Assembly (NCBI GenBank): GCA_951406725.2
Contig: OX597840.1
Location: 16,554,001-16,618,000, forward strand
Direction: 5' to 3'
DNA from: Octopus vulgaris
Lineage: Eukaryota
Length of the DNA stretch: 64,000 bases
The translations under genes were made by a program, and so were the position numbers. Under the pieces are notes generated by a model. The model saw only the letters and a program-made list of their open reading frames with translations. It was not told the origin of the DNA and searched no databases. Each line of letters begins with the position of its first letter. Position 1 is the stretch's first letter. Shown here piece by piece: positions 12,705 to 26,329 of this stretch.

Positions 12705-12945
12705 AAGGTGGTGAGCTGGCAGAATCATTTGCATGCCCGGCAAAAATGCTTAGCGGTATTTTGTCTGCCGCTATGTTCTGAGTTCAAATTCAACCAAGGT
12801 CAGCTATGCCTTCCATCTTTTCAGGGTCAATACATTAAGTACTAGTGAAACACTGGTGTCGATGTAATCGACTGGTCGCCTCCCCCAAAATGTAATCGAA
12901 GTGGCTCCTTCACTGAAATTGCTGGCCTTGTGCCAAAATCTGAAG
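12705..12945 (+). mobile_element. tRNA-derived SINE family B (gcctttcatcctttcggggtcgataaattaagtacc domain)
   Basis: Same family at 20005-20230, 23618-23770, 23957-24080, 31419-31820 and 33640-33745 (-). Confidence 0.8.
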
Positions 12946-13995
12946 GCAATATCAGTTGCAGTGGAACTATGTCAGGGACCAGGTCGCAGTTAAAATTTTG
13001 ACACTAAGAAATAAATATTTAATTGAAGTTAACAGTGTTTGTGTTTTTGAATGGCTTCCATATATGTCTTTCAGCCAAGTGAAATCATAGTAACCGAGTA
13101 AAATTGTAGTCATGGCTGATGCCAGTGCTGTCTGACTGGTACCCACGCCGGTGGCATGTAAAAAGTACCATTCAAGCGTTGGGCCACATAGAGGCCCAAG
13201 ACCTCCATAGGTGACCTTTGGTGGTGTACTGTGCTTGTGCAGACCTGACAAACCAATTGAGACCATAGTCGTGGCTGGTGCCAGTGTCAGATCAACGGCA
13301 CCCATACTAGTGGCATGTAAAAAACACCCACTACACTCTCAGAGTGGTTGGTGTTAGGAAGGGCATCCAGTTGTGGAAACCATACCAAATCAGATTGGAA
13401 CCAGGTGCAGCTCCCAAGCTTACCAGTTTATAGTCAAACCATCCAACCCATGGAAAATGAACTTTAAATGATGATGGTGATGATGATGATGAAGCCGTGA
13501 TTGTTTTAGTTTCAATAGATCCCTTTCTGGCAAGTACATCTCTGAAATTTTTTTCAGTCACCATCACATAATATCCATTTTCCATGCTGGCATGGGTTGG
13601 GCGGTTTGACAGAAGTTGGCCACGTAGAAGACTACACCAAGCTACTGTGTCTGTTTTGACATGGTTTTTACAGCTGGATGCCCTTCCTAACACCAAACCT
13701 CCTGCAGAGTAGATTGAGTGCTTTTACATCGCACCAGCAATATATATATATATATAATTTTTTTTTTCAGAATGAGATAAAAAAAACGATGGCTGTGAAG
13801 ATTTTAGAACATTTATAAATATTCTATGGCCAACTTCTGAAAAAAAAAAATTTATATATACACATGCTGCTATGTTGGTCTCCTTATTCATATAATCACC
13901 ACACCTGGAGCTTAACTATAGTCTTTCCATAGCACTTACTCAGCATTACCTAACACCTTTGGGTTTTATTGACACCATTACCTCTCATAACCTCC

Positions 13996-14051
<56 letters not shown>

Positions 14052-14880
14052 ATTTTTATTTTATTTTGTACTTCTGTGGAAACATGTCTGGCCGTGGGGG
14101 AAATATTACCTGACTTGGAAACAAGTGAGGGTTGGTGACAGGAAGAGCATCTGGCTTGAAAATCTGCCATAACAAATTGTGACTGACTCATGCGAGCATG
14201 GAGAAATGGACATTAAATGATGATGATGATGATATAGTGGTGCTGGTGTTGGCGATGATGAATATATCCATTCTATACATTATGTTGTGAACTGGTCTGA
14301 CCAGCTTTTCCACAGTCAACAACTTAGTCCGTTATTTACAAATGTCTTCAGCTCTCAACTTCCTGTAAAACACATGAAACTGTATTTCATTAACTAATCC
14401 TAAAACGGATATCACAGGAGTTCTACTTTGCCTGCATTCATTTTAAAGGAAGTACAAAACTTTCTAATCTAAGAAAACCACCTCTGATCTCTTCTTCTGT
14501 CACATATTTCTGTTTTTGACTCAGACAACTTCCAACAGGATATGGATATGGAATTTTAACTACTGTCATACAAGGAAGCATAAAAATAAACAAAGCCTCA
14601 CTTCACAACAATAATAACATCAATAGTTGCGACTGATTCTAATTTTCCCATTTCCTTGTTACATAGATAGGATATAACTGAACATCTTTCGCTTTCATTT
14701 TCTTCTTATTTTTTTTGTTATGTTTTTGCCTTATTTGCTGACGAAAGGTTGTAGCATGGGTGCAGCCAGGCTGTCACTCAATTACCGTACTCAAATTTAC
14801 TAACTGTTGCCTGACTGAGTGCACGTTTGTGCTTGTGTGTGTACACACACAATATGTATACTCACACACACACACACACT

Positions 14881-14934
<54 letters not shown>

Positions 14935-14936
<2 letters not shown>

Positions 14937-15267
14937 AAGGTGCATGGCTCAGTTGTTAGAGTGTCGAGCTTACGATCGTGAGGTTGTGAGTTTGAATCCC
15001 AGTCCAGGCTGTGTGTTGTGTTCTTGAGCAAGACACTTTATTTCACGTTGCGCCAGTTCACTCAGCTGTAGTAATGAGTTGCGACATCACTGGTGCCAAG
15101 CTCTATCGTCCATGCCTTTCCCTTGGATAACACTGGTGGCATGGGGAGGCTGGTATGCATGGGCGACTGCTGGTCTTCCATAAAAAACAACCTTGCCCAG
15201 ACTTGTGCCTGGGAGGGTAACTTTCTAGATGCAATCCCATGGTCAGTCATGACCGAAGGGGGCCTCA

Positions 15268-15270
<3 letters not shown>
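14935..15270 (+). mobile_element. SINE family C
   Basis: Near-collinear with 12255-12600. Confidence 0.8.
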
Positions 15271-15341
<71 letters not shown>

Positions 15342-15544
15342 AATTCAAAAGACAGAAAGATAGAAGATGAATGTGAGGACGTACACAAGAATTATATTAG
15401 TTTGACACATGGTAAAAGGAGAGAGTTTTTAACATTTCAAGCATGGCTCTTTGTGGGAAAAGTCCAAAGAAGAAGAAAGAAAATCGCCAACAGTCCACAT
15501 GTCGTTACATTTCGAGTTTATATATATATATATATATATGTTTA

Positions 15545-16795
15545 CAGGGGTTGTACAAAATAATGGAAACACCTTAAAATTTCAAGCAAATTTATTCTAA
15601 TATGGGGTAGGACCGCCTTTGGCAGTAATTACAGCTTAAATTCTACAAGGTATGGACTTGTACGAAGTTTGAATTGTTTCCAAAGGAATTTTTGTCCATT
15701 CTTCAGCTAAAACAGTCCCTACTTCTTGTAGTGATGATGGTGGAAGATAAATAGAGTGGAGTAAAGACCTACAGAATTGGTCCCTAGAATAGTGGAAGAA
15801 TGTTATTTTCTCAGATGAATCATCCTTTACCTTATTTCCAATGACCAGCCGAGTATATGCACCAAAAATGTTCAATAATATTGAGATCTGGGGACTGTGG
15901 TGGCCAGATAAGATGTTCAACTTCACTAGAATGTTCCTCATGCCATTCAGTAACAACTTTAGTTGTGTGAATTGGTGCGTTATCATCCTGAACGATTGGG
16001 TTTCCCTCCAGAAACAGTTCCGCAACCATAGGTTAATTTTGATCAGATAAAATGCTTAAATAGTCTTGACTATTAATTCTGCCATGAAGAGAAGCCATTA
16101 GGCCAGTGGATTTCCAAGATATAGCACCCGCCCAGATCACCACAGATCCTCCTCCATGAATAACAGTTGGAAGAAGTCAGTCTGGGTCAAATGCTTCTTT
16201 TGGCTGTCACCACACATATACTCGGCTGGTCATTCTGTAGGTCTTTACTCCACTCTAAATGCTTTGCAATGTGCGTTTTTGAAAGTAGTGGTTTTATGAT
16301 TGCAGCCCTCACTTGAAATCTGGCTTTGTGCAGCTCCCGAGCAGTTTTTGTGGAAACTGGGTTCTCAAGGTGGTCATTAAGCTCTGCAGTAATTTTGGGA
16401 GCTGTACTTTTGTGATCCTTTCTAACAATTCGTGTAAGAGTCTGACAGTCCCTATCTGAAAGTTTCAGTTTTCTTCCAGAGTTTTGTTTCGATGAGGAGG
16501 TTTTTCCCTCTTTCTCAAAGTCTGTCATTACTTTCAAGACAGTACTTCTTGATACACCAAACAATATGGCTGTTTTCATTATGCTAGTGCCTGCCAAATG
16601 AGCACCAACAATTTGACCTCTTTGAAAGTCCAATAAATCTGTCATTTTAATGAATTTTAATTACCTTTTTCTGATGATATCTGAAAAGAAACAGCAATTT
16701 TAGCAAAACATATTAAGCAACACTAATAATAAATTAAAAAAAAACAAGCTTGAGGCTCTGATGCTAGGTGTTTCCATTATTTTGTCCAACCCCTA
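15545..16795 (-). mobile_element. Tc1-like DNA transposon with a decayed transposase
   Basis: TIRs caggggttgtacaaaataatggaaacacct / aggtgtttccattattttgtccaacccct flanked by TA. ORFs MTDLLDFQRGQIVG...SGRK, QDDNAPIH and WPPQSPDLNIIEH. Confidence 0.92.
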
Positions 16796-16798
16796 TAT

Positions 16799-17011
16799 AT
16801 AAAACAAGTTAAAACTGATGTTCAGTACATATTTTTCCTTTATTGGAGCAAATTTGGCTTATGGCTGTTCCCAGTGGTCATTACTGATAGGTTTACTCAA
16901 TTGGACCTGTTGAGTAAAGCTATCAGTAATGTAACCACTGGGAACAACTATAAGCCAAACTTGCTCCGATAATGGAGAAATATGTAACGACTTATTTCTA
17001 ACTTGTTTTAT
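16799..17011. repeat. ~210-bp fold-back (inverted repeat) element
   Basis: ggagcaaatttggcttat...cccagtggt..cattactgatag.tttactcaa versus ttgagtaaagctatcagtaatg..accactggg...ataagccaaacttgctcc. Confidence 0.75.
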
Positions 17012-17189
17012 ATATCACTCTATGTAAAACCAGTTCGTCTGGAGCCCATCCATGGATTTACAGTACAGAATGTATGTATGTATACATACATTCATACATA
17101 CATACATATATCTTTAAAGTTATGCCACCCAATGTTTCACCAAAACTACTTCATTTTATACACACACACACACGCCTATATATATATAT

Positions 17190-18022
17190 CAAATCAAATC
17201 AAAATAGATGAACATCAATGGAATTTGTATCTTTGTGGTACCAGTGCCGGTGGCACACAAGAAAATCATCCGAACGTGGCCGTAGCCAGTACCGCATCGA
17301 CTGGCCTCCGTGCTGTGGGCACGCAACAAACACCATCCGATCGTGGCCGTTCGCCAGCCTCATCTGGCACCTGTGTCGGTGGCACATAAAAACACCATCC
17401 GAAGACCCGGCAAGACTAGTCAGGCCATAACCCGTGGCCCCTACTGGGACGTAGTCAGTCCACCTGTGCATACCTTCCTTCTTGTGACACTTGTGAAGAC
17501 CTGTTGAGGCAAGTGAAAATCAAATCAAAACAAATCAAAATAGATGAACATCAATGGAATTTGTATTTTTGTGGTACCAGTGCCGGTGGCACACAAGAAA
17601 ATCATCCGAACGTGGCCGTAGCCAGTACCGCATAGACTGGCCTCCGTGCTTGGGGGACGTAACAAACACCATCCGATCGTGGACGTCCGCCAGCCTCATC
17701 TGGCACCTGTGTCGGTGGCACATAAAAACACCATCCGAGCGTGGCCGTCTGCCAGCCTCGTCTGGCACCTGTGTCGGTGGCACATAAAAACACCATCCGA
17801 GCGTGGCCGTTCGCCAGCCTCGTCTGGCACCTGTGTCGGTGGCACATAAAATCACCCACTACACTCTCGGAGTGGTTGGCGTTAGGAAGGGCATCCAGCT
17901 GTAGAAACACTGCCAGATCTGACTGGCCTGGTGCAGCCTTCGGGCTCCCCAGACCCCAGTTGAACCGTCCAACCCATGCTAGCATGGAAAACGGACGCTA
18001 AATGATGATGATGATGATGATG
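17190..18022 (+). mobile_element. Tandem pair of the 61/62-bp-repeat SINE-like element
   Basis: Head caaatcaaaatagatgaacatcaatgg at about 17195 and 17531, internal repeats, (GAT)n tail. Confidence 0.8.
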
Positions 18023-21000
18023 ATAGGCTTAGGAGTGGCTGTGTGGTAAGTAGTTTGCTTACCAACCACATGGTTTCAGATTCAGTCCCACTGCATGGCA
18101 CCTTAGGCAAGTGTCTTCTACTATAGCTTCAGAGTGACCAAAGCCTTGTGAGTGGATTTGGTAGGCAGAAACTGAAAGAAGCCGTTGTATATATATATAT
18201 ATATGTGTGTTTATGCTTCTATGCTGGTGTGTTTACGTCCCTGCTGGCAAAAGAGACCGATAGAATAAGTACTAGGCTTACAAAGAATAAGTCCTGGGGT
18301 CGATTTGCTCGACCCCAGGACTGAAACAAGTAAAAGAGTAAAGAAGATATATATATATAGTTCAAATGTAGAAATATAAAAAGCAAAAGACGAAGACAGG
18401 TGAGGGAACAACAAATAGGTGTATTAGTTTGATGCTTGACAAGAATGAAAAAGTCTTTGATGTTTCGAGCCTATGCTCTCTGACAAAAAGGGTTGAGGGG
18501 GAAAAAAATGAAGAGAAAACGGAAAGAAAAAAACGGAGAGTGAAAAAAAAAATGCGTAGAGATTAACGGTTCAACATGATGAATATGTATACACACACTT
18601 ATACACAAATATATACTCACATGAATATATACTCACAATATATACTCACATGGCATAACTTTAAAGATATATGTATGTATATATATTTACATGAACACAT
18701 ATACTCACCCGGTCACCCCACCTCCCCAACATACTCTATTGACCAAAAGAAATTCTTAACCCACTTTGGTGTGATTGCTATTCTGACATTTCTGTGTCTA
18801 ATCATTTCCCTTTGGTTTCGTCTTAAAGTGCAAAAGTCCTTTTTTCTCCACAAAAAAGTTAGGAACACCACAAGGACAGGATGTAAGTAGGTCGTGGTAG
18901 TAGTAGTGGTGATGGTGGTGGTAGTAGTAGTAAACAAACGTTTCTTTGAAAAAATCGTAGTTACGCTCCCACCGCCATCACCACCATCTCTGCGACAATG
19001 ATTTTGGCTGCTGTTTATCACAGGTCGGGCGGCCTGTTTGGCATTCCCCTTCCTTCATCGACATGTTACCCCCAAGCCAACAGAACGAGGATGAAAATCA
19101 TTCCAGCCATGACCATCCTGCAACGAAGCAATGATCACGTTATTCACTGTTTCTCTCCTTTTCTCTTTTTCTCCCCTTCTCACTTTCTCTCTTCCGCTTT
19201 CTGTCCATCTTTCTTTCTTTTCCTCTTTCTCCTTCTTTCTTTTCCCCACTTTCGCTTTTCTTTCTTTCTTTCCCTCTATCTCCTCTCTCCCTGTAGATAA
19301 GTGTAATCAGCCTGACACAGATGGGGGAGGCTCCCTGTTTCACCCCCTCAACCTCCTTAGTCACTGAGGACCGCCACCAAAATAAGTATTAAGTACATCC
19401 GAAGTACTTGTTGGCGTGGCTGTGTGGTAAGAAGCTTGCTCCCCAACCACATGGTTCCGGGTTCAGTCCCACTGCGTGGCACCTTGGGCAAGTGTCTTCT
19501 ACCATAGCCTCGGGCTGACCAAAGCCTTGTGAGTGGATTTGGTAGACAGAAACTTAAAGAAGCCCGTGCTGGTGCCACGTAAAAAGCATCCATTCTAAAG
19601 TGGTTGGCATTTGGAAGGGCATCCAGCTCTACGAAATTAATACTTCTTAATTTGTTTTAAAACCTGGTACTTATTCTACCGGTTCTTTTGTCAAACCGCT
19701 AAGCTATAGGGACACAAACACACCAACATCGGTCATCAAGCGACGGCACACACACACAACGAACTTGTGCTACTACCACGTTAGAAGCACTGAGTCCTCT
19801 CTGTCACCGTAAAAAAACCTTGGTAAAACAGACACAGTAACCTAGGGTAGTTTTTCTACGTGGCCGGCTCCTGTCAGCCGTCCTACCCATGCATGCATAG
19901 AAGATGGACGTTAAACGATGATGATGTATATACGTATGTGTGTGTCTGTATTTGCCCCTCCCCACCCGCTTGACAGCTGGTGTTCGCAAAGAGACTGATA
20001 GAATGGGCGAGGTGGCAGAATCGTTAGCGCGCCGGGCGAAATGCTTAGCAGTATTTCGTGTCTTTACGTTCTGAGTTCAAATTCCGCCGAGGTCGACTTT
20101 GCCTTTCATCCTTTCGGGGTCGATAAATTAAGTATCAGTTACGCACTGGGGTCCATGTAATTGACTTAATCCCTTTGTCTGTCCTTGTTTTTCCCCTCTG
20201 TTTGTAGCTCCTTGTGGGTAATAAAGAATAAGAATGTCTTGAAAAGAAAATAAGTCCTGGGGTCGATTCATTTGACTAAAATATTCAAGGCGGTGCTCCA
20301 GCATGGCCACAATCTAATGACTGAAACGAGTAAAAAAAAAGGTAAAAAGTTTAAGATGAGCGGAATTGCAATAGAAAAAAGATAAATAGTTCCAAATACT
20401 TTTTAAGATGCGGCAGCATATGATTCGTGTTAGATTTAACTATTGTTTCTAGCAAACTGTCTGATCTCATGTTTATTCCTGTCATTGGTTGGGAAGATTA
20501 GGAAATAACAGATCTGAAATAAACGGAATTCCTTTTGGTTGTAATCATTTAATCACCGATACTTTCTCTCTTCTGACATACCTAGAATTTGATACGTACA
20601 ATCCTTTGCAGAAAAGATTTATGCTGCGGAAGTTTTTACGTGATTGTGTGTACGTAAAATGTGTGTTACACGATGTATACATGCATGTATTACTGTATTT
20701 ATGTGTTTCTGTATATATGCATTGTATTCATGAATGCTTGTATGCGTTTTATATTGTGTATGTATGTATTATATAGGTGCAGGCGTGGCTGTGTGGTAAG
20801 AAGCTTGCTTCCCAACCACATGGTTCCGGGTTCAGTCTCACTGCGTGACACGCTGGGCAAGTGTCTTCTACTATAGCCTCGAACCGACCGAAGCCTTGTG
20901 AGTGGATTTAGTAGATGGAAACTGAAAGAAGCCCATCGTAAATAAATATGAGTGTGTCTGTGTTTGTTCGTCCACATCACCGCTTCGCAACGGTGTTGGC

Positions 21001-22301
21001 GTGTTTACGTCCCCGTAACTTAGCGGAATAAGTACTAGGCTTAAAAAATAAGTCCTGGAGTTGATTTGTTCGACTAAAACCCTTGAAGGCGGTGCTCCAG
21101 CCTGGCCGCAGCCAAATGACCGACACAAGTAAACGAATATGTATCGTTTTTATTCAGTATAATCCTTCCTAAAAGAAGCAGAAACCCCATCGTTGCCATT
21201 TTGCTAATGACAAATGATGTGTTATATTTTGAACTTTAGAAATGTTTTGCCTATTTTTATTGTTCCATTTACAGACTGTGTCTGTAAAATGTGTGTTACT
21301 TAATTACTTTCTATGCCTTGAAAACCTCAGCTTTTCCAGATTGTCATTAAAACATTTACTAAGTCAACCCCTTACTAAGATAATCTCTCACTAACATTGT
21401 GGGGTATGCGGGAGATTTAAAGTAAGACACCTACCTTCTCTTCGTCGACGCAGACCTCCCCGGTGGTAACGCACCCTTCCACGTGGCCCGACCCGAACGC
21501 TAAAAACAGTAGCTGCTTTCCCCCACCTTGTCGAAGTGCTCACACGTCTAGCACTGTCGGCTACCCCGATCGAAAAGTCCCAATTGTCCCCTGGCTGCGC
21601 GCATGTCGCTCTCGCGCCCTTCCTCTTCCGGTCAGCTGCCAAGTTCCGGTCAGCTCCCCAGCTGCTGGCGTCATCCCAAAACATAACCAAGTCGTACCAT
21701 GCCCGTGGCTCAAGGGGTGTACCGGATGGCACTGCTCCGTCTCTATTCAATGGTGCACCCTCAGAATGAGAAAACACAGCTTACAAAAATCTTCCCGCAA
21801 TACAAATTAGTACCCATCCAGAATATCCAATTAATTACTGATATAAATGTCAGGGTAGAGAAGGTGTCGTTTTGAAGCTGTTGTCGGTAAATATTCTCTT
21901 TCTCTCTGATTTTCGAAGAGATGGTCACTATGAGTTTTTTGCCCCTAATCTATCTCCATGACTCTATCAGGCCCGTTGTTTGCAAATAGCAGACGTTCTG
22001 ATGGGAATAGTCCACCGAGGTTCCTAGTATTGACACTATGTACTCAATAACACAAATATTCCTGATATCTTTTATCTTTTGCTTGTTTCAGTCATCAGAT
22101 AGCGGCCATGCTGGGGCAGTGCCTCGAAGAAATTTTAATCGAATGAATCGGCCCTAGTACTTATTTTTTTTAAAGTCTGGCACTTATTCTACTGGTTCTT
22201 TTGTCAAACCGCTAAGTTATGGGGACACAAACACACCAATACCGGTCATCAAGCGATGGCACACACACACACACTCACACATACACACACGCACGCACAC
22301 A

Positions 22302-22358
<57 letters not shown>

Positions 22359-23923
22359 AACGAATATCTTTTAGTTTCCGTTCGCCAAATCCACTTACAA
22401 AGATTTGGTCGGCCCGAGGTTGTAATAGAAGCTACTTCCACCAGGTGTCATGCAGTGGGACTGAACCGGTAACCATGTGGCTAGGATGTTCTCTATGTTT
22501 ATCCCGTGCAGTCTTCTCTTTATCACATGATGTATCATTCACTATCCTCAAGATATTTAAACACAACCTTTTTTGGGAAGCGAAGTGTTTCTCTTCCAGA
22601 TTTTTTTAGGTGTGCTTTACTTGCAGTTCTGAGGTACCATGAAAGGTCATCAGAAAGGACCTCCTGATTCCTCTCAGTTGCCACCCAGCTTAACATCACC
22701 ACCTGGTCCTTGGGTACCTTCTGTGGAATCCACACTGAGAATTATTCAGGTTAGGTACCCAGTCTGGGGGTAACTTCTTTCTTCTTCTAATCACGATAGA
22801 AATGATAAGAGTCATGAACGTAGTTGCTCCTTCTCTGGCAAAGTGATAAAAAGAAAAAGTGTTTGCTTTGTTAACCAATATCTTTCTCTATCGGAAACGT
22901 CCAAGCTTTTAGAATTACAGTTTAAAACGGGACTTCTCATTTGGTGAGCTGCAAAGATTATCTGGATGCGCAATGAGGAAGCCAGAGTAATACTTTTATC
23001 TGTTTTTAAAATGTTGAACATACGGGGATGTGTTACTTAGGTCCTTACCTTGTTGGAGTTTACGTGTGGTAAAATTAAATTGGCTAATAATCGATATATT
23101 GTATTTATTATGTCATCAATAAATATTCTTTTACCTACACCTTCATTGGACATACAGCCCAGACATATATATTTTTTTACATAATTTTCCCCAAATTCCC
23201 AATCTTCAGGTTTAAATCTTCCGTCATTCATTGTCAAAGCGGAAAACCCATGTATCACTTAATATAAACCTAGTTCCTATAACTATCTTCTATGAGTAAG
23301 CTATGTTGATGTCATATTTACGATTCATGGAAATAGTAACAGGAGTGGTGTATTCGCAGGGCAAGAAGCTGTAATTAATATTCTCTTATAATACGTCACG
23401 TATCAGAAGGAAGACGGATAGAGTCATAAAAGGATCAAAACAAGAATTTCCACAGGAAATAAGGAAGTTAGACTAGAATGAATTTCAAATTTCTAATGAA
23501 TTACTCTGACTTAAGGTCACGAACGTAAATTACATATACTTTTTAACCTTATTGACTTCAACTGTATAACCTCTCACATTAATTTCATTTCCGTTGCTAC
23601 GACCTTTTACACACGTAAGGTGACGCGCTGGCGGAATTGTCACAGCACGTCGAACAGCTCTTTATGTCCCGGGTTCAAAAACCACCGACGTCAACTTTGC
23701 CTTTCATTCCTTCGGGCACGATAAAGTAAAGCGCCAATCAATAGCTGGAGTCAGTGTAATCGATGTGTACCTATAATAGAAATTTATTATTATTATTATT
23801 ATTATTGCCTTTCATCCTTTCGGGGTCGATAAATTAAGTACTAGTTACACACTGGGGTCGATGTAATCGACTTAATCCGTTTGTCCCCTCTGTGGTTAGC
23901 CTCTTGTGGGTAGTAAAGAAATA

Positions 23924-23959
<36 letters not shown>

Positions 23960-24738
23960 GGCGACCAGCTGGCAGAATCATTAGCACGCAGGGCAAGATG
24001 CTTAGCGGCATTTCTTCCGTCTGCATGTTCTGAGTTCAAATCCCGCCGAGGTAGACTTTGCCTTTCATCCTTTTGATATCGATAGGGCCGTCGCTAAGCC
24101 CCTGCAACCCTTGCGGTCGCAGGAGACCTCCGCGGTTGAGGGGCCCCATGTTAAGATCAAACTACATAGATGAGCCATGTATTTACTTTGGTTAAGATGT
24201 TAGCTAAAAATTTCAAGCCAGACGAAGAAAAAGATACGAGGGTGTAACGGAAATAAGTTTAAAGAAACGAAAAAAGTAAATGAAAAAAACAACTTTTCAA
24301 CGAATTCCCAAGGGAGATAAAAGAAAAGCGAAAGAAATGCAAAGCAATGGAAATAATAACAACTTCAAGAGAAAAGACGAGAAAAAGAAACAATGGTGAC
24401 GAAAGGTGGGGAATGTATACTTATACATACAGACATACACACACAGGCATGCGTGCGCACATTCATACATACATATACGCACACATATATATACAACCGG
24501 GGTTTTTATCTGTTTCCGTCCATCAAATCCATTCACAAGGCTTTAGCTAGCTCAGAGAGAGAGAGGTGTACCAAACACACGCACGTCTCTTAGTCTCTCC
24601 CTCTTTTACCCTTCATTTCTCTCTCTCTCTCTCTCTCTGCCTCTGCCTCTCTCTCTCTCCATATATATACAATAAAAGAATGAAAGAGGCCTCGATATTA
24701 TGTAAAGGAATTGATCTGTGACAATTATTCGGTAGCCA

Positions 24739-24801
24739 TGATAAAACTCCGAGTTTCGGATGTCGTGGCGGAAACACACGCCGGCATCTCTTCAGTTATC
24801 A
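24739..24801 (-). ncRNA. Type I hammerhead ribozyme motif
   Basis: Minus strand reads UGAUAA-CUGAAGA-GAUG...CAUC C-GAA-ACUC G GAGU-U-UUAUCA. Stem I is 6 bp, stem III is near-palindromic, triplet GUU, one extra C at the base of stem II. Confidence 0.6.
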
Positions 24802-25164
24802 GGCCATCAAAAAATGCTATGAAAATGACCGTTAAAGCAAAGGGAAATTACTGTGTGATTGACCGTTATTAAGACAGAAGAGCTATTTGAATAACCGCTA
24901 AGTAAGAGGAGGGAGTAAGAATGTCCATTTTTTCTATATTTTGCCTTTAGCCCTGTTTTTTCTTGTGCATGTGCATATATAGACGTGTGTATGAACCTTT
25001 TTTTGTGCGCGTATATAGACGGCGGGGAGATAGATAGATAGATTTGCTGCAACAATACAAGTTCAAACGGTCAGTTTTGTCTTTTCTAAACACCATTGGG
25101 GATCAAATTGCGAAAAGATAAATATGTGTTTTTCATAGTATGTTTTAAAAACTGTCGCATAAGG

Positions 25165-25345
25165 CAGTGCTCCGAAAACCGGCATACCGCAACATACTGG
25201 TGTGCCACGAGACGATGCTAAGTGTGCCGCAGTGTAACCTGAATATAATTTTTTTCCCCTATACTTTTAATTATATTTTTAGTTCAGGTGTGCCGCCGAA
25301 TTTTGAAAAGAATACTGCAAGTGAAAAGAGGTTGTGGAGCATTCG
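25165..25345. mobile_element. hAT(Charlie)-like MITE remnant
   Basis: Termini cagtgctccgaaaacc ... ggttgtggagcatt with internal gtgtgccg repeats. Confidence 0.5.
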
Positions 25346-25571
25346 CACAAGCATCGCATAAATGTTATTTTTGGAAGAATAATTCTTCTGTCACTCCAAC
25401 TTCTCTATCTATCCTCTTATGTCGTCTTCTAAGAGAAGCTTGAACTTATATTTGTGGTAATACAATTTTTGAATTCCTCGAGTTAAGTTCTGTTACCGAC
25501 ATATTCATAAATACTTCAAAGTATAATATAAAAGATTCTGTTTTATTAAAAAAATTTTTTTTAGTAGTTTA

Positions 25572-25734
25572 TAGGCGTAGGAGTGGCTGTGTGGTAAGTA
25601 GCTTGCTTACGAACCACATGGTTCCGGGTTCAGTCCCACTGCGTGGCACCTCGGGCTAGTGTCTTCTACTATAGCCTCGGGCCAACCAAAGCCTTTTGAG
25701 TGGATTTGGTAGACGGAAACTGAAAGAAGCCCGT

Positions 25735-25784
<50 letters not shown>

Positions 25785-26009
25785 TGTGTGTGTTTGTGTG
25801 TCTGTGTTTGTCCCCCACCATCATTGCTTGACAACCAATGCTGCTGTGTTTACGTCCCCGTAACTTAGCAGTTCGGCAAAAGAGACCAATAAAATAAGTA
25901 CTAGGCTTACAAAGAATAAGTCCTGGGGTCGATTTGCTCGACTAAAGGCGGTGCTCCAGCATGGCCCCAGTCAAATGACTGAAACAAGTAAAAGATAAAA
26001 GTAAAAGAT
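25572..26009 (+). mobile_element. Full-length SINE family A
   Basis: ggcgtaggagtggctgtgtggtaag (A box), gggttcagtccca (B box-like), internal (AT)n, tail gactgaaacaagtaaaag. Further copies at 18025-18345, 19413-19566, 20775-21135, 22070-22480(-), 32138-32515, 32811-33230 and 55470-55610. Confidence 0.9.
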
Positions 26010-26054
26010 TCTATAAAACCCTTTGTTTATATTTTGAGACTATGTCCTCTGATG

Positions 26055-26320
26055 TATTACTATGACAATTACGAACGACAGGGATCGTCAGTTCGAATCC
26101 AGTCTTTTTGCTGATCTAACTTGCTAAGTACACAAGTTCCTACTGCAGCTTGCCATCTCAGGTCTAAGGGAATGGTAGAACGATTTTATCGACAGCTTAA
26201 AGAAGTTTTACTAGCACGTTACGATTCGGATAAGATGGTTAGAAACCCTGTCGATTGTGTTACTAGGTTTACCTACCGCTGTTAAGGAAGACCTAGGTTA
26301 CTTCCCAGCAGAGTATGGTT
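26055..26320 (+). pseudogene. Gypsy/Ty3 integrase core remnant
   Basis: Decayed TITNDRDRQFESSLF...TAACHLRSKGMVERFYRQLK...WLETLSIVLLGLPTAVKEDL, matching the ITTDxGxQF / YHPQxNGMVERFHRQLK motifs. Confidence 0.8.
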
Positions 26321-26329
26321 TGGCGGTGA

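Noticed and set aside
16960-16990. Hammerhead in the fold-back at 16799-17011
   Set aside because: ccgataa...gaaa lacks a stem II and the CUGANGA core.
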